From positions 13,499 to 77,498 of the forward strand of contig CAVTWJ010000004.1 in assembly GCA_963738405.1 (NCBI GenBank): a stretch of DNA of 64,000 nt, given 5' to 3'. This document shows, one piece after another, positions 18,339 through 28,247 of this stretch. Within the stretch, counting starts at the first letter, position 1. Each line of letters begins with the position of its first letter. The notes below the pieces were generated by a model that had not been told where the DNA came from, did no database searches, and saw only the letters and a list, made by a program, of their open reading frames with translations. The position numbers and the translations under genes are program-made. The DNA is from a candidate division FCPU426 bacterium (lineage in GTDB: Bacteria; Oederibacteriota; Muellerivitia; Muellerivitales; Muellerivitaceae).

Positions 18339-19721
18339 ATGATCAACGTGAACGGAAAACAAGTGGCGGTTCTGGGGCTGGGCCGGTCGGGATTCGCCGC
18401 CGCCAAGCTCCTCTCCCTCCATGGCGCCCAGGTGGTCATCCTGGACGACAAGAGCCCCGAAAAGCTCTCGGCTTGGATCGAGAAGGCGAAGGGCCTCGCC
18501 CGTACCCGCTTGGCCCTGGGGGGAGGGAACATGGGTGAACTTACCGCCTGCGACCTCGTGGTGACCTCCCCCGGCGTGCCCATCAACCATCCGATACTCG
18601 AAAGAGCCGTTGAGAAGGGCCTGCCAGTCGTGGGTGAAATGGAGTTGGCTTTCGGCTATTGCGCGGCCCCGGTGGCGGCTGTGACGGGAACCAACGGGAA
18701 AACCACCACCACCACCCTCCTCACCCAAATGATCCTTCAAGGGGGCCGCAAGGCCGTGGCCTGCGGGAATATCGGGAAAGCCTTCTCGGAGGCGGTGTTT
18801 GAGCTGGGCGCGGAGGATCTGGCGGTTTTGGAAGTCTCCAGCTTCCAATTGGAAACCATCCAGGAATTTCACCCGAAAATCGCCGCCATCCTCAATGTCA
18901 CTCCGGACCACCTGGACCGGCACGGCTCCATGCAGGCCTATGTCCAGGCCAAGGGGCGGATCTTCGAGAAGCAAACCGGGGGGGATGCCGTCCTCTTGAA
19001 CGCCTCCGACAAATACACGCCGATCTTTTCTTCCATGGTCCAAAGTTCCCTTTACCAGTTTGGTTTTCCCAAGGAGGGCCGGGACGACGGCAAGCCGGGC
19101 TGCTACGCCGCCGGCTCCCACATCGAACTCTTGGGACGGAAACTTTTCAAGATTTCCGACCTGCGGATTCCCGGCCCCCACAACGTGGAAAACGCCTGCG
19201 CGGCGGCCCTGGCGGCCTCCTTGGCGGGTACGAGCGATGAGGCCCTCACCCAAACCCTTTTCTCTTTTGAGGGCGTGGAGCACCGGCTGGAAGCCGCTGG
19301 TGAAATAGGCGGGGTGCGTTTTGTGAATGACTCCAAGGGCACCAACGTGGATTCGGTGGTGAAGGCCCTGGAAAGTTTTCCCAAGCCCATTGTTTTGATC
19401 CTGGGCGGACGGGACAAGGCCGGGGATTTCACCCGATTGATCCCCCTGATCACGGAAAAGGTGACCCGAGTGGTGGCCTTCGGCGAGTGCAAGACCAAGG
19501 TGGCGGCCCAGTTATCCACGGCGACCACCGTCGTGGAAGCCGGTTCCTTGGAGGAGACGGTTAAGGGGGCCTTGGCGGCCAGTGAAAAGGGAGGAACGGT
19601 TCTTTTTTCTCCCGGGTGCGCCAGTTTCGACATGTTTGAGAACTACGAGGATCGGGGCCGTCAGTTCAAGACCCTGGTTAAAAAGTTGAGCGAGTCGCGC
19701 CTCGGCGCGGCCCGAACGTAA
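18339..19721 (+). CDS. murD: UDP-MurNAc-L-Ala:D-Glu ligase MurD
   Basis: N-terminal Rossmann VAVLGLGRSG, P-loop AVTGTNGKTTTT. Confidence 0.9.
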   Translation: MINVNGKQVAVLGLGRSGFAAAKLLSLHGAQVVILDDKSPEKLSAWIEKAKGLARTRLALGGGNMGELTACDLVVTSPGVPINHPILERAVEKGLPVVGEMELAFGYCAAPVAAVTGTNGKTTTTTLLTQMILQGGRKAVACGNIGKAFSEAVFELGAEDLAVLEVSSFQLETIQEFHPKIAAILNVTPDHLDRHGSMQAYVQAKGRIFEKQTGGDAVLLNASDKYTPIFSSMVQSSLYQFGFPKEGRDDGKPGCYAAGSHIELLGRKLFKISDLRIPGPHNVENACAAALAASLAGTSDEALTQTLFSFEGVEHRLEAAGEIGGVRFVNDSKGTNVDSVVKALESFPKPIVLILGGRDKAGDFTRLIPLITEKVTRVVAFGECKTKVAAQLSTATTVVEAGSLEETVKGALAASEKGGTVLFSPGCASFDMFENYEDRGRQFKTLVKKLSESRLGAART

Positions 19722-19734
19722 CAAAGGAGAAAGT

Positions 19735-19941
19735 ATGTTCATCATCCGCTTGGACGAAAAAGAATCGAAACGCATCCATGCCGCCGTCCAATCGGGAAGG
19801 GAGGTTTCATTTTTGCGCTCGGATTCTGACAGCACCACCTACCACACCTTTTCCACACCTACTACGCCTTGGTCGGAATCCGAACGGAAGGATGAAATTC
19901 CCTATGTGGAGGCCTTTAAGGCCTTGAAGGAGAAAAGGTGA
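19735..19941 (+). CDS. Hypothetical 68-aa protein encoded between murD and ftsW
   Basis: Strong SD AAAGGAGAAAG 6 nt before the ATG; its stop overlaps the ftsW GTG start (translational coupling); no recognisable domain. Confidence 0.4.
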   Translation: MFIIRLDEKESKRIHAAVQSGREVSFLRSDSDSTTYHTFSTPTTPWSESERKDEIPYVEAFKALKEKR

Positions 19942-21089
19942 GACGCTCCAACCCCATCCAGTCTTCCCCGGACTTCCTTTTGTTTTTACTGACGGTGGTC
20001 CTGGTCACCGCGGGGCTCATCATGGTTTACAGCTCCTCGGCCATCCTGGCCCATGACCGCTATGGAAGCTCCTATTACTTCTTTCTGCGCCAGCTGCTTT
20101 GGGTGGGGGTGGGCGGTTTGGGACTATGGTTCTCCTCCCGGATGGATCTCGAGTCCTTAAGGGCCCTGGCCATCCCAGCCCTCTTTGTCGCCCTTATGTT
20201 GATGCTGTTGGTTTGCGTGCCGGGATTGGGCCGTACGGTGGGCGGGGCGCAAAGGTGGTTCCGGTTAGGGCCCTTTTCTTTCCAGCCATCCGAAGTCTTC
20301 AAGATCGCCCTGGTTTTTTACCTGGCTGATTCCCTGGACCGCCGAAGCGGTCAATTGGCCCAAATATCAGGCCTTTTGCCTTATTTCGCGATTCTCGGGA
20401 TCGGCATGGTGCTCTTGGAAAAACAGCACGATTTCGGTACGGCGGTGCTTTTGGCCCTGGTCACCCTGCAACTGATGCTTTTGGCCGGGATGCAATGGAA
20501 GTTTTTCATGATTCCCACGGCCATCCTGATTCCCACCTTTACCTTTCTCGTGGAATCGGCCAGCTACCGCATGAAACGTATCACGGCTTTCCTGAATCCC
20601 TGGGAGGATCCCCAGGGGGCGGGCTTTCAGCTCATTCAAAGCCTCATCGCGGTGGGCAACGGCGGGCCCTTCGGAGTGGGTCTTTCCAACAGCACCCAGA
20701 AGCTTTTTTACCTGCCGGCGCCCCACACCGATTTTATTTTCGCGGTCATCGCCGAGGAACTGGGACTTTGGGGCGCTGGGACCCTGGTGTTTCTTTTCGC
20801 GGTTTTTATTTTGAGGGGCTTCAAGGTGGCGGCCATAGCGGGGCAGAGGGAAAACGGACTCTTCAAAGCCCTTCTGGCCTCCGGCATCACGGGCTTGATC
20901 GGTTTCCAGGCGATCGTGAACCTGGGGGTGGTGACGGGACTTCTCCCCACCAAGGGCATTCCCCTTCCCCTCATCTCTTACGGCGGGTCTTCCATGGTTT
21001 TCACGCTTTTTTCCATCGGGATCCTCTTCAATATTTCCCGAGAGACGAAAATCGCGTCGCCTTTCGGGACCAAGGTCGTGACGGCGTGA
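19938..21089 (+). CDS. ftsW: SEDS-family peptidoglycan glycosyltransferase FtsW
   Basis: 10-TM SEDS protein, conserved FQPSE and LPTKG motifs; GTG start. Confidence 0.9.
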   Translation: MRRSNPIQSSPDFLLFLLTVVLVTAGLIMVYSSSAILAHDRYGSSYYFFLRQLLWVGVGGLGLWFSSRMDLESLRALAIPALFVALMLMLLVCVPGLGRTVGGAQRWFRLGPFSFQPSEVFKIALVFYLADSLDRRSGQLAQISGLLPYFAILGIGMVLLEKQHDFGTAVLLALVTLQLMLLAGMQWKFFMIPTAILIPTFTFLVESASYRMKRITAFLNPWEDPQGAGFQLIQSLIAVGNGGPFGVGLSNSTQKLFYLPAPHTDFIFAVIAEELGLWGAGTLVFLFAVFILRGFKVAAIAGQRENGLFKALLASGITGLIGFQAIVNLGVVTGLLPTKGIPLPLISYGGSSMVFTLFSIGILFNISRETKIASPFGTKVVTA

Positions 21090-21126
21090 GGCGCTTGGAC
21101 GAAAGAAAAAGGGAATCGCTTTGAAA

Positions 21127-22221
21127 ATGATCCTGACGGGAGGCGGGACGGGAGGACACGTGTTCCCCGGCATCGCGGTGGCGAAAGAACTGATGAAGCA
21201 TCCGGAGGTTGAATTGCTTTACGTGGGAAAAATAAATGGGCCCGAGGCCAAGTGGGTTCCGGAGGCGGGGATTCCCTTTCGGGGTATCCCCGCCTCCGGA
21301 ATGCCCCGCTCCCTCTCCCCCAAGCTCCCGACCTTTTTCTGGGACTTGGTCCGGGGGTTAGGACGTTCATGGAAGCTGGTCAGGGAAGTCCGCCCGGACG
21401 TTGTTTTTTCCACGGGCGGGTATGTGTCGGTGCCGGTGTGCCTGGCGGCGGCCCTGCAAGGGGTGCCGGTAGGGCTTTTCGAACCCAACGTGCAACCGGG
21501 CCTGGCGGCCCGACTGTTGGGCTTCTTCGCTCAAAGGGTTTTCGTTGGTTTTTCGGAAACCCTTACTCACTTTTCGAAAAGGAGGTCGGAATGGACAGGA
21601 ATTCCGGTCAGGGAAGAAATTTTGTCGGCGGAAAAGAAAAAATCGAGGGAGGCCTTCGGATTGAACCCCGAAACACCCACCCTCTTGATGCTGGGAGGGT
21701 CCCAGGGAGCTCTGGCCCTCAACCGGCTGATGGTGCAGCTGCTTCGGTTCCTGGGGCAGGGGGACCAGGCGGTGCAGGCCATCTTCATGACGGGATGGGC
21801 CGATTACAAACCGACGGTGGACCAGCTGGAAAAATGTCCCTTGAAAATGGTTTTGAGGCCCTTTATCGCCAATATTCACGAAGCCTACGCGGCCAGCGAC
21901 CTGGTGGTGAGCCGGTCGGGCGCCATGACCTGCGGGGAACTCACAAGCCGGAGCCTACCCGCCCTATTTATTCCATATCCCCACGCTTCCGCTCATCAGG
22001 AGAAGAACGCGCGGGCGCTGGAGAAAGCGGGAGCGGCCCTGGTGTTCAAGGAAGAGGCGTTGGACGAGGAAACCCTCTGTCAGACCGTGATCTCCCTGCT
22101 TTCGGATAACGGGAAGCTTCAGGCGATGGGTCAGGCCTCGGGAAAATTAGCCCGGCCCAAGGCCGCCTGGCAGATTACGGAAGGCCTTTTAGGCCTGGCC
22201 CAACAAAGGAAAACCGCATGA
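21127..22221 (+). CDS. murG: UDP-GlcNAc:lipid I GlcNAc transferase MurG
   Basis: N-terminal GGTGGHVFPGIAVA, C-terminal GT-B domain; start refined to ATG 21127 (MILTGGG). Confidence 0.9.
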   Translation: MILTGGGTGGHVFPGIAVAKELMKHPEVELLYVGKINGPEAKWVPEAGIPFRGIPASGMPRSLSPKLPTFFWDLVRGLGRSWKLVREVRPDVVFSTGGYVSVPVCLAAALQGVPVGLFEPNVQPGLAARLLGFFAQRVFVGFSETLTHFSKRRSEWTGIPVREEILSAEKKKSREAFGLNPETPTLLMLGGSQGALALNRLMVQLLRFLGQGDQAVQAIFMTGWADYKPTVDQLEKCPLKMVLRPFIANIHEAYAASDLVVSRSGAMTCGELTSRSLPALFIPYPHASAHQEKNARALEKAGAALVFKEEALDEETLCQTVISLLSDNGKLQAMGQASGKLARPKAAWQITEGLLGLAQQRKTA

Positions 22222-23621
22222 AAACAGCCGCATTCCAAACCAATCAGGCCCTGGGGCACGTTCAACGGGTGCATTTCATCGGCATCGGCGGGGCGGGCAT
22301 GAGCGGCATCGCGGCGGTTCTCCTGAGCCTCAAGTACCGGGTGTCGGGATCGGACCTGAAATCCAGCGAGGTGACCGACCGCCTGAAAAAGATGGGGGCC
22401 AAGATTTCTTTCGGCCACAAGGCGGGGAACGTTTCCGATTCCGACGTGGCGGTCTACTCGGCCGCCGTGCCGATGGATAACCCGGAAATCACCGAAGCTA
22501 TCCGGCGGGGTATTCCGGTCATTCCCCGAACCGAGATGCTGGGCGAACTGATGCGCTTGAAATACGGCATCGCGGTTTCCGGCACCCACGGCAAGACCAC
22601 CACCACCTCCATGGTCGGCTTGGTGCTGACCGAAGGGGGCTTGGACCCCACCCTGGTCATCGGGGGCCAGGTGGATGCGTTCAAGTCCAACGCCAAGCTG
22701 GGCAAGAGCCCCTACCTGGTGGCGGAAGCCTGCGAGGCTTTCGGAGAATTTTTCCTCCTCTCGCCCATGATTTCCATCATCACCAATATCGATGACGACC
22801 ACCTGGACTATTACGGTTCCATCGAAAAGGTGAGGGACGCCTTCGTGGCCTTCGGGAATAAGGTGCCTTTTTACGGCTGCGTGATCCTCGGGGTGGACGA
22901 CAAGCAGGTGAAGTCCATCCTGCCCCAGCTCAAGCGCCGGGCGGTCACCTATGGTTTGGGGCCGGACGCCTCGTTAAGGGCTCAAAAGGTGAAGCTTGAA
23001 AAAATCAGCTCCACCTTCGAGGTGGCTTTGGACGGGCGCCGGTTGGGTGCCCTGAAATTGAACGTGCCGGGAAGGTTTAACATCCAGAACGCCTTGGCGG
23101 CGGTGGCGGTGGGATTGGAACTGAAAGTCTCCTTCAAGGCCATCGCGGCGGGCCTGGTCCGGTTCCATGGGGCCCAGCGCCGGTTCGAGGTCAAGGGAAG
23201 CTACAAGGGGGCCGTGGTGGTGGATGACTACGCCCACCATCCCACGGCGGTTTTTGAAACCCTGAAGGCGGCAAAGCATTTCGCCGGCAAGAAAAAACTC
23301 TTGGTGGTGTTTCAGCCCCACCTTTTTTCCCGCACCCAGCTTTTGAGGGACAAGTTCGGGAAGGCCTTCTTTGACGCCGATGAGGTCATCATCACCGCCA
23401 TCTACCCCTCCCGGGAGAAGCCTATCCCCGGGGTCACGGGGAAGACACTGGTCGAGGCCTTGAGGGAAAACGGACACCGGAAGGCCGAATCCATCGAGGA
23501 TAAAAATGTCCTCTTGGAGCAGTTGAAGAACCGGCTGGACGCCAACACCGTGCTTTTAACCATGGGCGCGGGCGATATCTGGAAGGTCGGCAGCGACCTG
23601 GTCCAGAAGCACAGGGGTTGA
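22218..23621 (+). CDS. murC: UDP-N-acetylmuramate:L-alanine ligase MurC
   Basis: HFIGIGGAGMSGIA Rossmann, P-loop AVSGTHGKTTTT. Confidence 0.9.
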   Translation: MKTAAFQTNQALGHVQRVHFIGIGGAGMSGIAAVLLSLKYRVSGSDLKSSEVTDRLKKMGAKISFGHKAGNVSDSDVAVYSAAVPMDNPEITEAIRRGIPVIPRTEMLGELMRLKYGIAVSGTHGKTTTTSMVGLVLTEGGLDPTLVIGGQVDAFKSNAKLGKSPYLVAEACEAFGEFFLLSPMISIITNIDDDHLDYYGSIEKVRDAFVAFGNKVPFYGCVILGVDDKQVKSILPQLKRRAVTYGLGPDASLRAQKVKLEKISSTFEVALDGRRLGALKLNVPGRFNIQNALAAVAVGLELKVSFKAIAAGLVRFHGAQRRFEVKGSYKGAVVVDDYAHHPTAVFETLKAAKHFAGKKKLLVVFQPHLFSRTQLLRDKFGKAFFDADEVIITAIYPSREKPIPGVTGKTLVEALRENGHRKAESIEDKNVLLEQLKNRLDANTVLLTMGAGDIWKVGSDLVQKHRG

Positions 23622-23624
23622 GGG

Positions 23625-24620
23625 GTGACCGAACGTGAAGCCATGACCGCGGTAGCTCGGAAGGAGTTAAAGGGCGTGAATTTTATCGAACTGAAACGGC
23701 TCATTGAGGGGCGGGTCACCCTGGACGCGCCCTTAGGCCCCCTGACGACCTACCACATTGGGGGAAGGGCTTCGGCCCTGGTGGAGCCTCAGGGATCGGA
23801 AGATCTGCAGGAACTCCTGCGCTGTATCTCCCATGGGGGCGTTTCCTACCTGGTCCTGGGGGGCGGCTCCAACGTGCTTTTCGCCGACGAGGGCTACCAG
23901 GGAGTGGTGATAAGGCTGGGAAGGGGTTTCCAGGGCGTTGAAATCGAGGGAACCCGAGTCAGGGCCAAGGCCGGCACCAAGCTGGTGAGTGTTCTGGCCA
24001 AGGCCCGGGAGGCCAATTTGGGGGGCATTGAATTTTTCGCCGGCATCCCCGGAACCATCGGCGGGGCGGTGGCGGGAAACGCGGGCGCCAAGAGGGCCTG
24101 GATCGGCCCCTTCGTGGAAGAGGTCACGATCGTCAATGTCCGGGGTGAATTGAGGAAACTTTCCGCCGAGGAATTGGTTTTCGGGTACCGCAGTTCCTCT
24201 CTCAAGATGAGCGGAAACGTGCTGGTGGAGGTGGTTCTGAAGCTTAAGAAAGAGCCTAAGGAAATGGTTGAGAAAAAAGTGCGGGAATATTTCAAGGCCC
24301 GGCGGGGCCGCCAGCCCCGCACGGAAAAAAACGCGGGAAGTGTGTTCAAGAACCCCCCGAATGATTTCGCGGGGAAGTTGATTGAGTCGGTGGGGTTGAA
24401 GGGTTTCAAACTGGGCGGGGCGCAGGTGAGTCTGATCCACGCTAATTTCATCGTCAACGACGGAACGGCCACCGCCCATGACGTGGTGGGGGTGATGCGG
24501 GAAATCCAGAAAAGGGTGCGGGAAGCCGCCGGCATCCAGCTGGAACCCGAAATACTCCCGATGGGCAATTGGAACTGGGAAGAGATTAAGGACGTCTGGT
24601 GGAGCTTGAAGGGCCGATAG
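23625..24620 (+). CDS. murB: UDP-N-acetylenolpyruvoylglucosamine reductase MurB
   Basis: FAD-binding PCMH domain (GGGSNVLF), C-terminal MurB domain; GTG start (or ATG 23643). Confidence 0.85.
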   Translation: MTEREAMTAVARKELKGVNFIELKRLIEGRVTLDAPLGPLTTYHIGGRASALVEPQGSEDLQELLRCISHGGVSYLVLGGGSNVLFADEGYQGVVIRLGRGFQGVEIEGTRVRAKAGTKLVSVLAKAREANLGGIEFFAGIPGTIGGAVAGNAGAKRAWIGPFVEEVTIVNVRGELRKLSAEELVFGYRSSSLKMSGNVLVEVVLKLKKEPKEMVEKKVREYFKARRGRQPRTEKNAGSVFKNPPNDFAGKLIESVGLKGFKLGGAQVSLIHANFIVNDGTATAHDVVGVMREIQKRVREAAGIQLEPEILPMGNWNWEEIKDVWWSLKGR

Positions 24621-24769
24621 GCCGGATTCCCGGCCTCGTCGGAAAACCCTTCAAGTTGATAAGGAAGTTGAAGGGATATTCGGCTGAATGAGGATTTTAG
24701 GGAAGTTGAGAAGCACAACGCCAACTCCCGCTTTAAGTGCGGGGAACTTGTTGGAACGGAGAAAAAGAG

Positions 24770-25723
24770 ATGAAAGTTGGAGTTCTATACGGGGGCTGGA
24801 GCCCTGAAAAAAAGGTATCCCTGATGTCGGGGAAAAACGTGTTGGAAGGCCTTCGTGAGGCCGGAATTCAGGCTGTGGGCCTGGAATTAAGCTCGAAAGA
24901 TAAAAATCCAACCGTCCTTCGCCGGAGAATCCTGGCCTCAAGAGCGGACCTGCTTTTTATCGCCTTGCACGGCGGGTTTGGAGAGGACGGAACCCTGCAG
25001 GCCCTCCTGGACCAATGGAAGGTGCCTTACACGGGGTCGGGAGCCCTGGCCTGCGGATTGGCCATGCATAAGGGCTGTTCCAAACTGGTGTTTGAGGCGC
25101 AGGAGATTCCCACCGCGCCCTGGACGGCCTTTCATAAATCTTCCGAGCCTTCGAAGCGGCTAAAAGAAATTCGGATGCCTTTTCCTTTGGTGGTGAAGCC
25201 AGCCGACGTGGGCTCGGCCCTGGGGGTCACGATTGTAAGAAATAAAACCGCCCTCTCCCAAGCCCTCCAGACGGCCTTCAAGTACAGCTCCTGGGTACTG
25301 GTGGAAAAGTTCATCGCCGGGGTGGAAGTGACCGTGACGATTTTGGGCAAGAAGGCCCTGCCGGTGGTTGAGATACTGCCGGTGAACGAGTTTTACGACT
25401 ATGACGCCAAGTACACACCGGGCCATTCCACCCATGTGGTGCCGGCCCGGATTACCCCGGCTCAAACCCGGAAGGTCCAGGCCTACGCCCTGAAGGCGGG
25501 AGAAGCCATGGGCTGCCAGGATTACTACCGGGTCGATTTCATCATCCCCAAGAAGGGGGAGCCCCAGCTATTGGAAGTGAACACCGTTCCTGGAATGACC
25601 GCCACCAGTTTGGTGCCGGACGCGGCGAAAGCCGCCGGAATCACCTTTCCTAAGCTGTTGCGCAGGCTTTCCGAGATGGCGTTGAAAAAAAGGCCCCAAG
25701 GGGCCATGGCGAAGGTGGGGTAA
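24770..25723 (+). CDS. ddl: D-alanine--D-alanine ligase
   Basis: MKVGVLYGG N-terminus and ATP-grasp fold with the EVNTVPGMT motif; GGAGAAAAAGAG SD. Confidence 0.9.
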   Translation: MKVGVLYGGWSPEKKVSLMSGKNVLEGLREAGIQAVGLELSSKDKNPTVLRRRILASRADLLFIALHGGFGEDGTLQALLDQWKVPYTGSGALACGLAMHKGCSKLVFEAQEIPTAPWTAFHKSSEPSKRLKEIRMPFPLVVKPADVGSALGVTIVRNKTALSQALQTAFKYSSWVLVEKFIAGVEVTVTILGKKALPVVEILPVNEFYDYDAKYTPGHSTHVVPARITPAQTRKVQAYALKAGEAMGCQDYYRVDFIIPKKGEPQLLEVNTVPGMTATSLVPDAAKAAGITFPKLLRRLSEMALKKRPQGAMAKVG

Positions 25724-26769
25724 TGCATTATCGCGGGACCCAGGTATCAGGCGGAAGAAACGTAAAGGATTCATCAAGGGCCCAAAGGTCCCCGGCGAAT
25801 CGCTCTGCGCTCCCTCGGTCCCGAACCTACGGTTTGAGGCTGCCGAAGAGGGAGGAAACGTCCAAGAGTTTCTTGACCTTCTTTAAGAAGGAAGAGGATT
25901 CCAGGCCTTCGGGCAGGGCCTCCTCTTCGGGAAACCGGGAGTCGGCCGCGGCTTACGCTTTTTACCGGCCCGGCGCCGATCCGGAAACGGGGAAGAGGGA
26001 GCTTTTAAAACAAAAAGCTTGGACCTTCCCCGTGCCGGGGGTGAAGGGAGTCCTGAAGGGAGCGGCGCTCTTGGCGATGATCGGCCTAGCGGCCTGGGGT
26101 AAAAACCAGGTGTTGGGGCTTTTGCAGGACGCCTCGGGTTTCAAACTGGCCAAGGTGACGGTGGAGGGCAACCGCTTTCTGCGCGAGGAAGACCTGCTGA
26201 AGGCGGCGGCTCTGCCGCAGGGCGCGAACATGTTCAAGCTGGACCTGGCGGGAGCGGCCGGGCGAGTGGAAAAGCTGGACTGGGTGGAGAAGGCCTTCCT
26301 GGAAAGGCGCCTTCCCCAAACGGTCCTGATCTCGGTGAGGGAGCGAAAGATCGTGGCCCTGTTGGACAGCGGGACGCTTTACGGCGTCACGGGCGATGGA
26401 CGGGTGCTCTCGGCCAACGAGGAACTGGCCAAGATGGATTTGCCCCTCCTTTCGGGGGCGGCGGTGGCGCCCGAGGCGGTGGGGACGACTTTGATGGCCT
26501 CGGCCTTGGAGCCGGGATTAAGTTTTTTAGACTTTGCGGTGAGGGAAAAGGCTGGCAGGGCCCAGGACATATCGGAAATCAACCTTTCCGATTCCCAGGC
26601 CTTGAAAGTGACCTTTATTGACGGGGTCACGGCGACTTTTAATCCGCCGGTCACGGCGGGCGAATTACGGAGGCTGGACCTGGTACGCGGGGATTTGGCG
26701 CGCAAGGGACTCAGGGCGGGAACGATGGATTTCCGCTTCAAAGATACGGTGCTGGTCAAGGTGATGTGA
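25723..26769 (+). CDS. ftsQ: Cell division protein FtsQ/DivIB with an unusually long basic N-terminal extension
   Basis: TM (AALLAMIGLAAW) then POTRA (FKLAKVTVEGNRFLREEDLLKAA) and the FtsQ beta domain; ~110-aa R/S-rich cytoplasmic extension if the ATG overlapping the ddl stop is used. Confidence 0.75.
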   Translation: MHYRGTQVSGGRNVKDSSRAQRSPANRSALPRSRTYGLRLPKREETSKSFLTFFKKEEDSRPSGRASSSGNRESAAAYAFYRPGADPETGKRELLKQKAWTFPVPGVKGVLKGAALLAMIGLAAWGKNQVLGLLQDASGFKLAKVTVEGNRFLREEDLLKAAALPQGANMFKLDLAGAAGRVEKLDWVEKAFLERRLPQTVLISVRERKIVALLDSGTLYGVTGDGRVLSANEELAKMDLPLLSGAAVAPEAVGTTLMASALEPGLSFLDFAVREKAGRAQDISEINLSDSQALKVTFIDGVTATFNPPVTAGELRRLDLVRGDLARKGLRAGTMDFRFKDTVLVKVM

Positions 26770-26876
26770 GAAGCCGGTTAGCCTTTTGCCGCCGCCCTTT
26801 AAGGGCTCGGCTTGAGGTCCGCGGCTGTGGGCCGAACGGCTAAAAGCTAACGGCTGAACTCAAGGAGGCGAGGAAG

Positions 26877-28130
26877 ATGGCGAAGGAAATCAAGCAGGAC
26901 ATCGTGGTGGGGCTGGATCTGGGGACAACCAAGGTCTGCACCATTATCGGCGAGCAGGATGAGGAGGGGCAGGTCCACATCATCGGCGTGGGCACGACCC
27001 CTTCCACGGGATTGAAGAAGGGGTCGGTGGTGAATATCGAGCAGACCATCGCCTCCATCAAGAAATCCGTGGCGGACGCCGAGCGCATGGCGGGGGTGGA
27101 AGTGGGAGCGGCCTTCGCGGGCGTAGCCGGGGGCCACATCAAGGGCCTCAACAGCCGGGGCGTCATCGCCGTGGCCCGCAAGGATAAGGAAATCAGCGAG
27201 GACGACCGGGAGCGTGTCATTGAGGCGGCCCAGGCCATCGCCATCCCCATGGACCGGGAAATCATCCACGTGATCCCGCAGGAATACATGGTGGACGACC
27301 AGGACGGCATCAAGAATCCCGTCGGCATGTCAGGGGTGAGGCTGGAAGCGGAGGTCCACGTGGTAACGGGAGCGGTCACCAGCGTACAAAACATCGTCCG
27401 GAGCGTGGAGCGGGCGGGTCTGCAGGTGGCGGACATTATTCTTCAGCCCCTGGCTTCGGCGGAAGCCATCCTCTCGGCGGATGAGAAGGAATTGGGGGTG
27501 GTGCTGGTCGATATCGGGGGAGGAACCACCGACATCGCGGTCTTCATCAACGGGGCCCTGTGGCACACGGGCATCATCACCCTGGGCGGCCAGCTGGTCA
27601 CCAGCGACGTGGCGGTGGGTTTAAGGACACCCAATACGGAAGCCGAAGCTATCAAGCTCCAGTACGGTTGCGCTTATACCGCTATGGTGAAGGAAGAAGA
27701 GGAGATCACGGTTCCTGGGGTAGGAGGACGGGCGGACCGGCGCATGCCCCGCCGGGTGCTTTCCGAGATCATCGAGGCCCGCATGGAGGAAATTTTCGAG
27801 TTGGTGGCCGCGGAGCTGAAAAAGCACGGGTTCGAGGACCGCATCCCGGCGGGAGCGGTGATTACCGGGGGTTCGGCTTTGATGGAAGGAACCGCTGAGT
27901 TGGCGGAGAAGATTCTTCAGCTTCCGGTGCGCATCGGGTCCCCCAAGAGGGTCGGGGGGCTGACGGATGTGGTTTCCAATCCCAGCTATTCCACGGCGGT
28001 GGGGCTGGTGTTGATGGGGTTCCAAACGTTCCACAAGAGCGGAACCAAGAAGGGGCAGGGTTTTTCGGGCGAGAACGGGATGAAGAGCATCCTGGACCGG
28101 ATGAAAAAGTGGTTTGGGGATTCTCTTTGA
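26877..28130 (+). CDS. ftsA: Cell division protein FtsA
   Basis: Actin-fold motifs VVGLDLGTTKV, DIGGGTTD; C-terminal amphipathic helix. Confidence 0.95.
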   Translation: MAKEIKQDIVVGLDLGTTKVCTIIGEQDEEGQVHIIGVGTTPSTGLKKGSVVNIEQTIASIKKSVADAERMAGVEVGAAFAGVAGGHIKGLNSRGVIAVARKDKEISEDDRERVIEAAQAIAIPMDREIIHVIPQEYMVDDQDGIKNPVGMSGVRLEAEVHVVTGAVTSVQNIVRSVERAGLQVADIILQPLASAEAILSADEKELGVVLVDIGGGTTDIAVFINGALWHTGIITLGGQLVTSDVAVGLRTPNTEAEAIKLQYGCAYTAMVKEEEEITVPGVGGRADRRMPRRVLSEIIEARMEEIFELVAAELKKHGFEDRIPAGAVITGGSALMEGTAELAEKILQLPVRIGSPKRVGGLTDVVSNPSYSTAVGLVLMGFQTFHKSGTKKGQGFSGENGMKSILDRMKKWFGDSL

Positions 28131-28247
28131 TGCCTTTTCAGTATGAGAAGTGAGATGTGCAGGGTTGTGTAAAAGAAGCAAGCAGTTCAATGTTGGAGAA
28201 GAGTCCAGGGTGGACTGCCATTCGCAGCAAAATTGAGGGGGATTAAG

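Noticed and set aside
18072-19283. 403-aa minus-strand ORF and the + strand ORFs 17507..18538 and 20495..21124 overlapping mraY/murD/ftsW
   Set aside because: These are Arg/Gly/His-rich frame-shifted or antisense readings of well-supported dcw genes. No independent evidence supports them.
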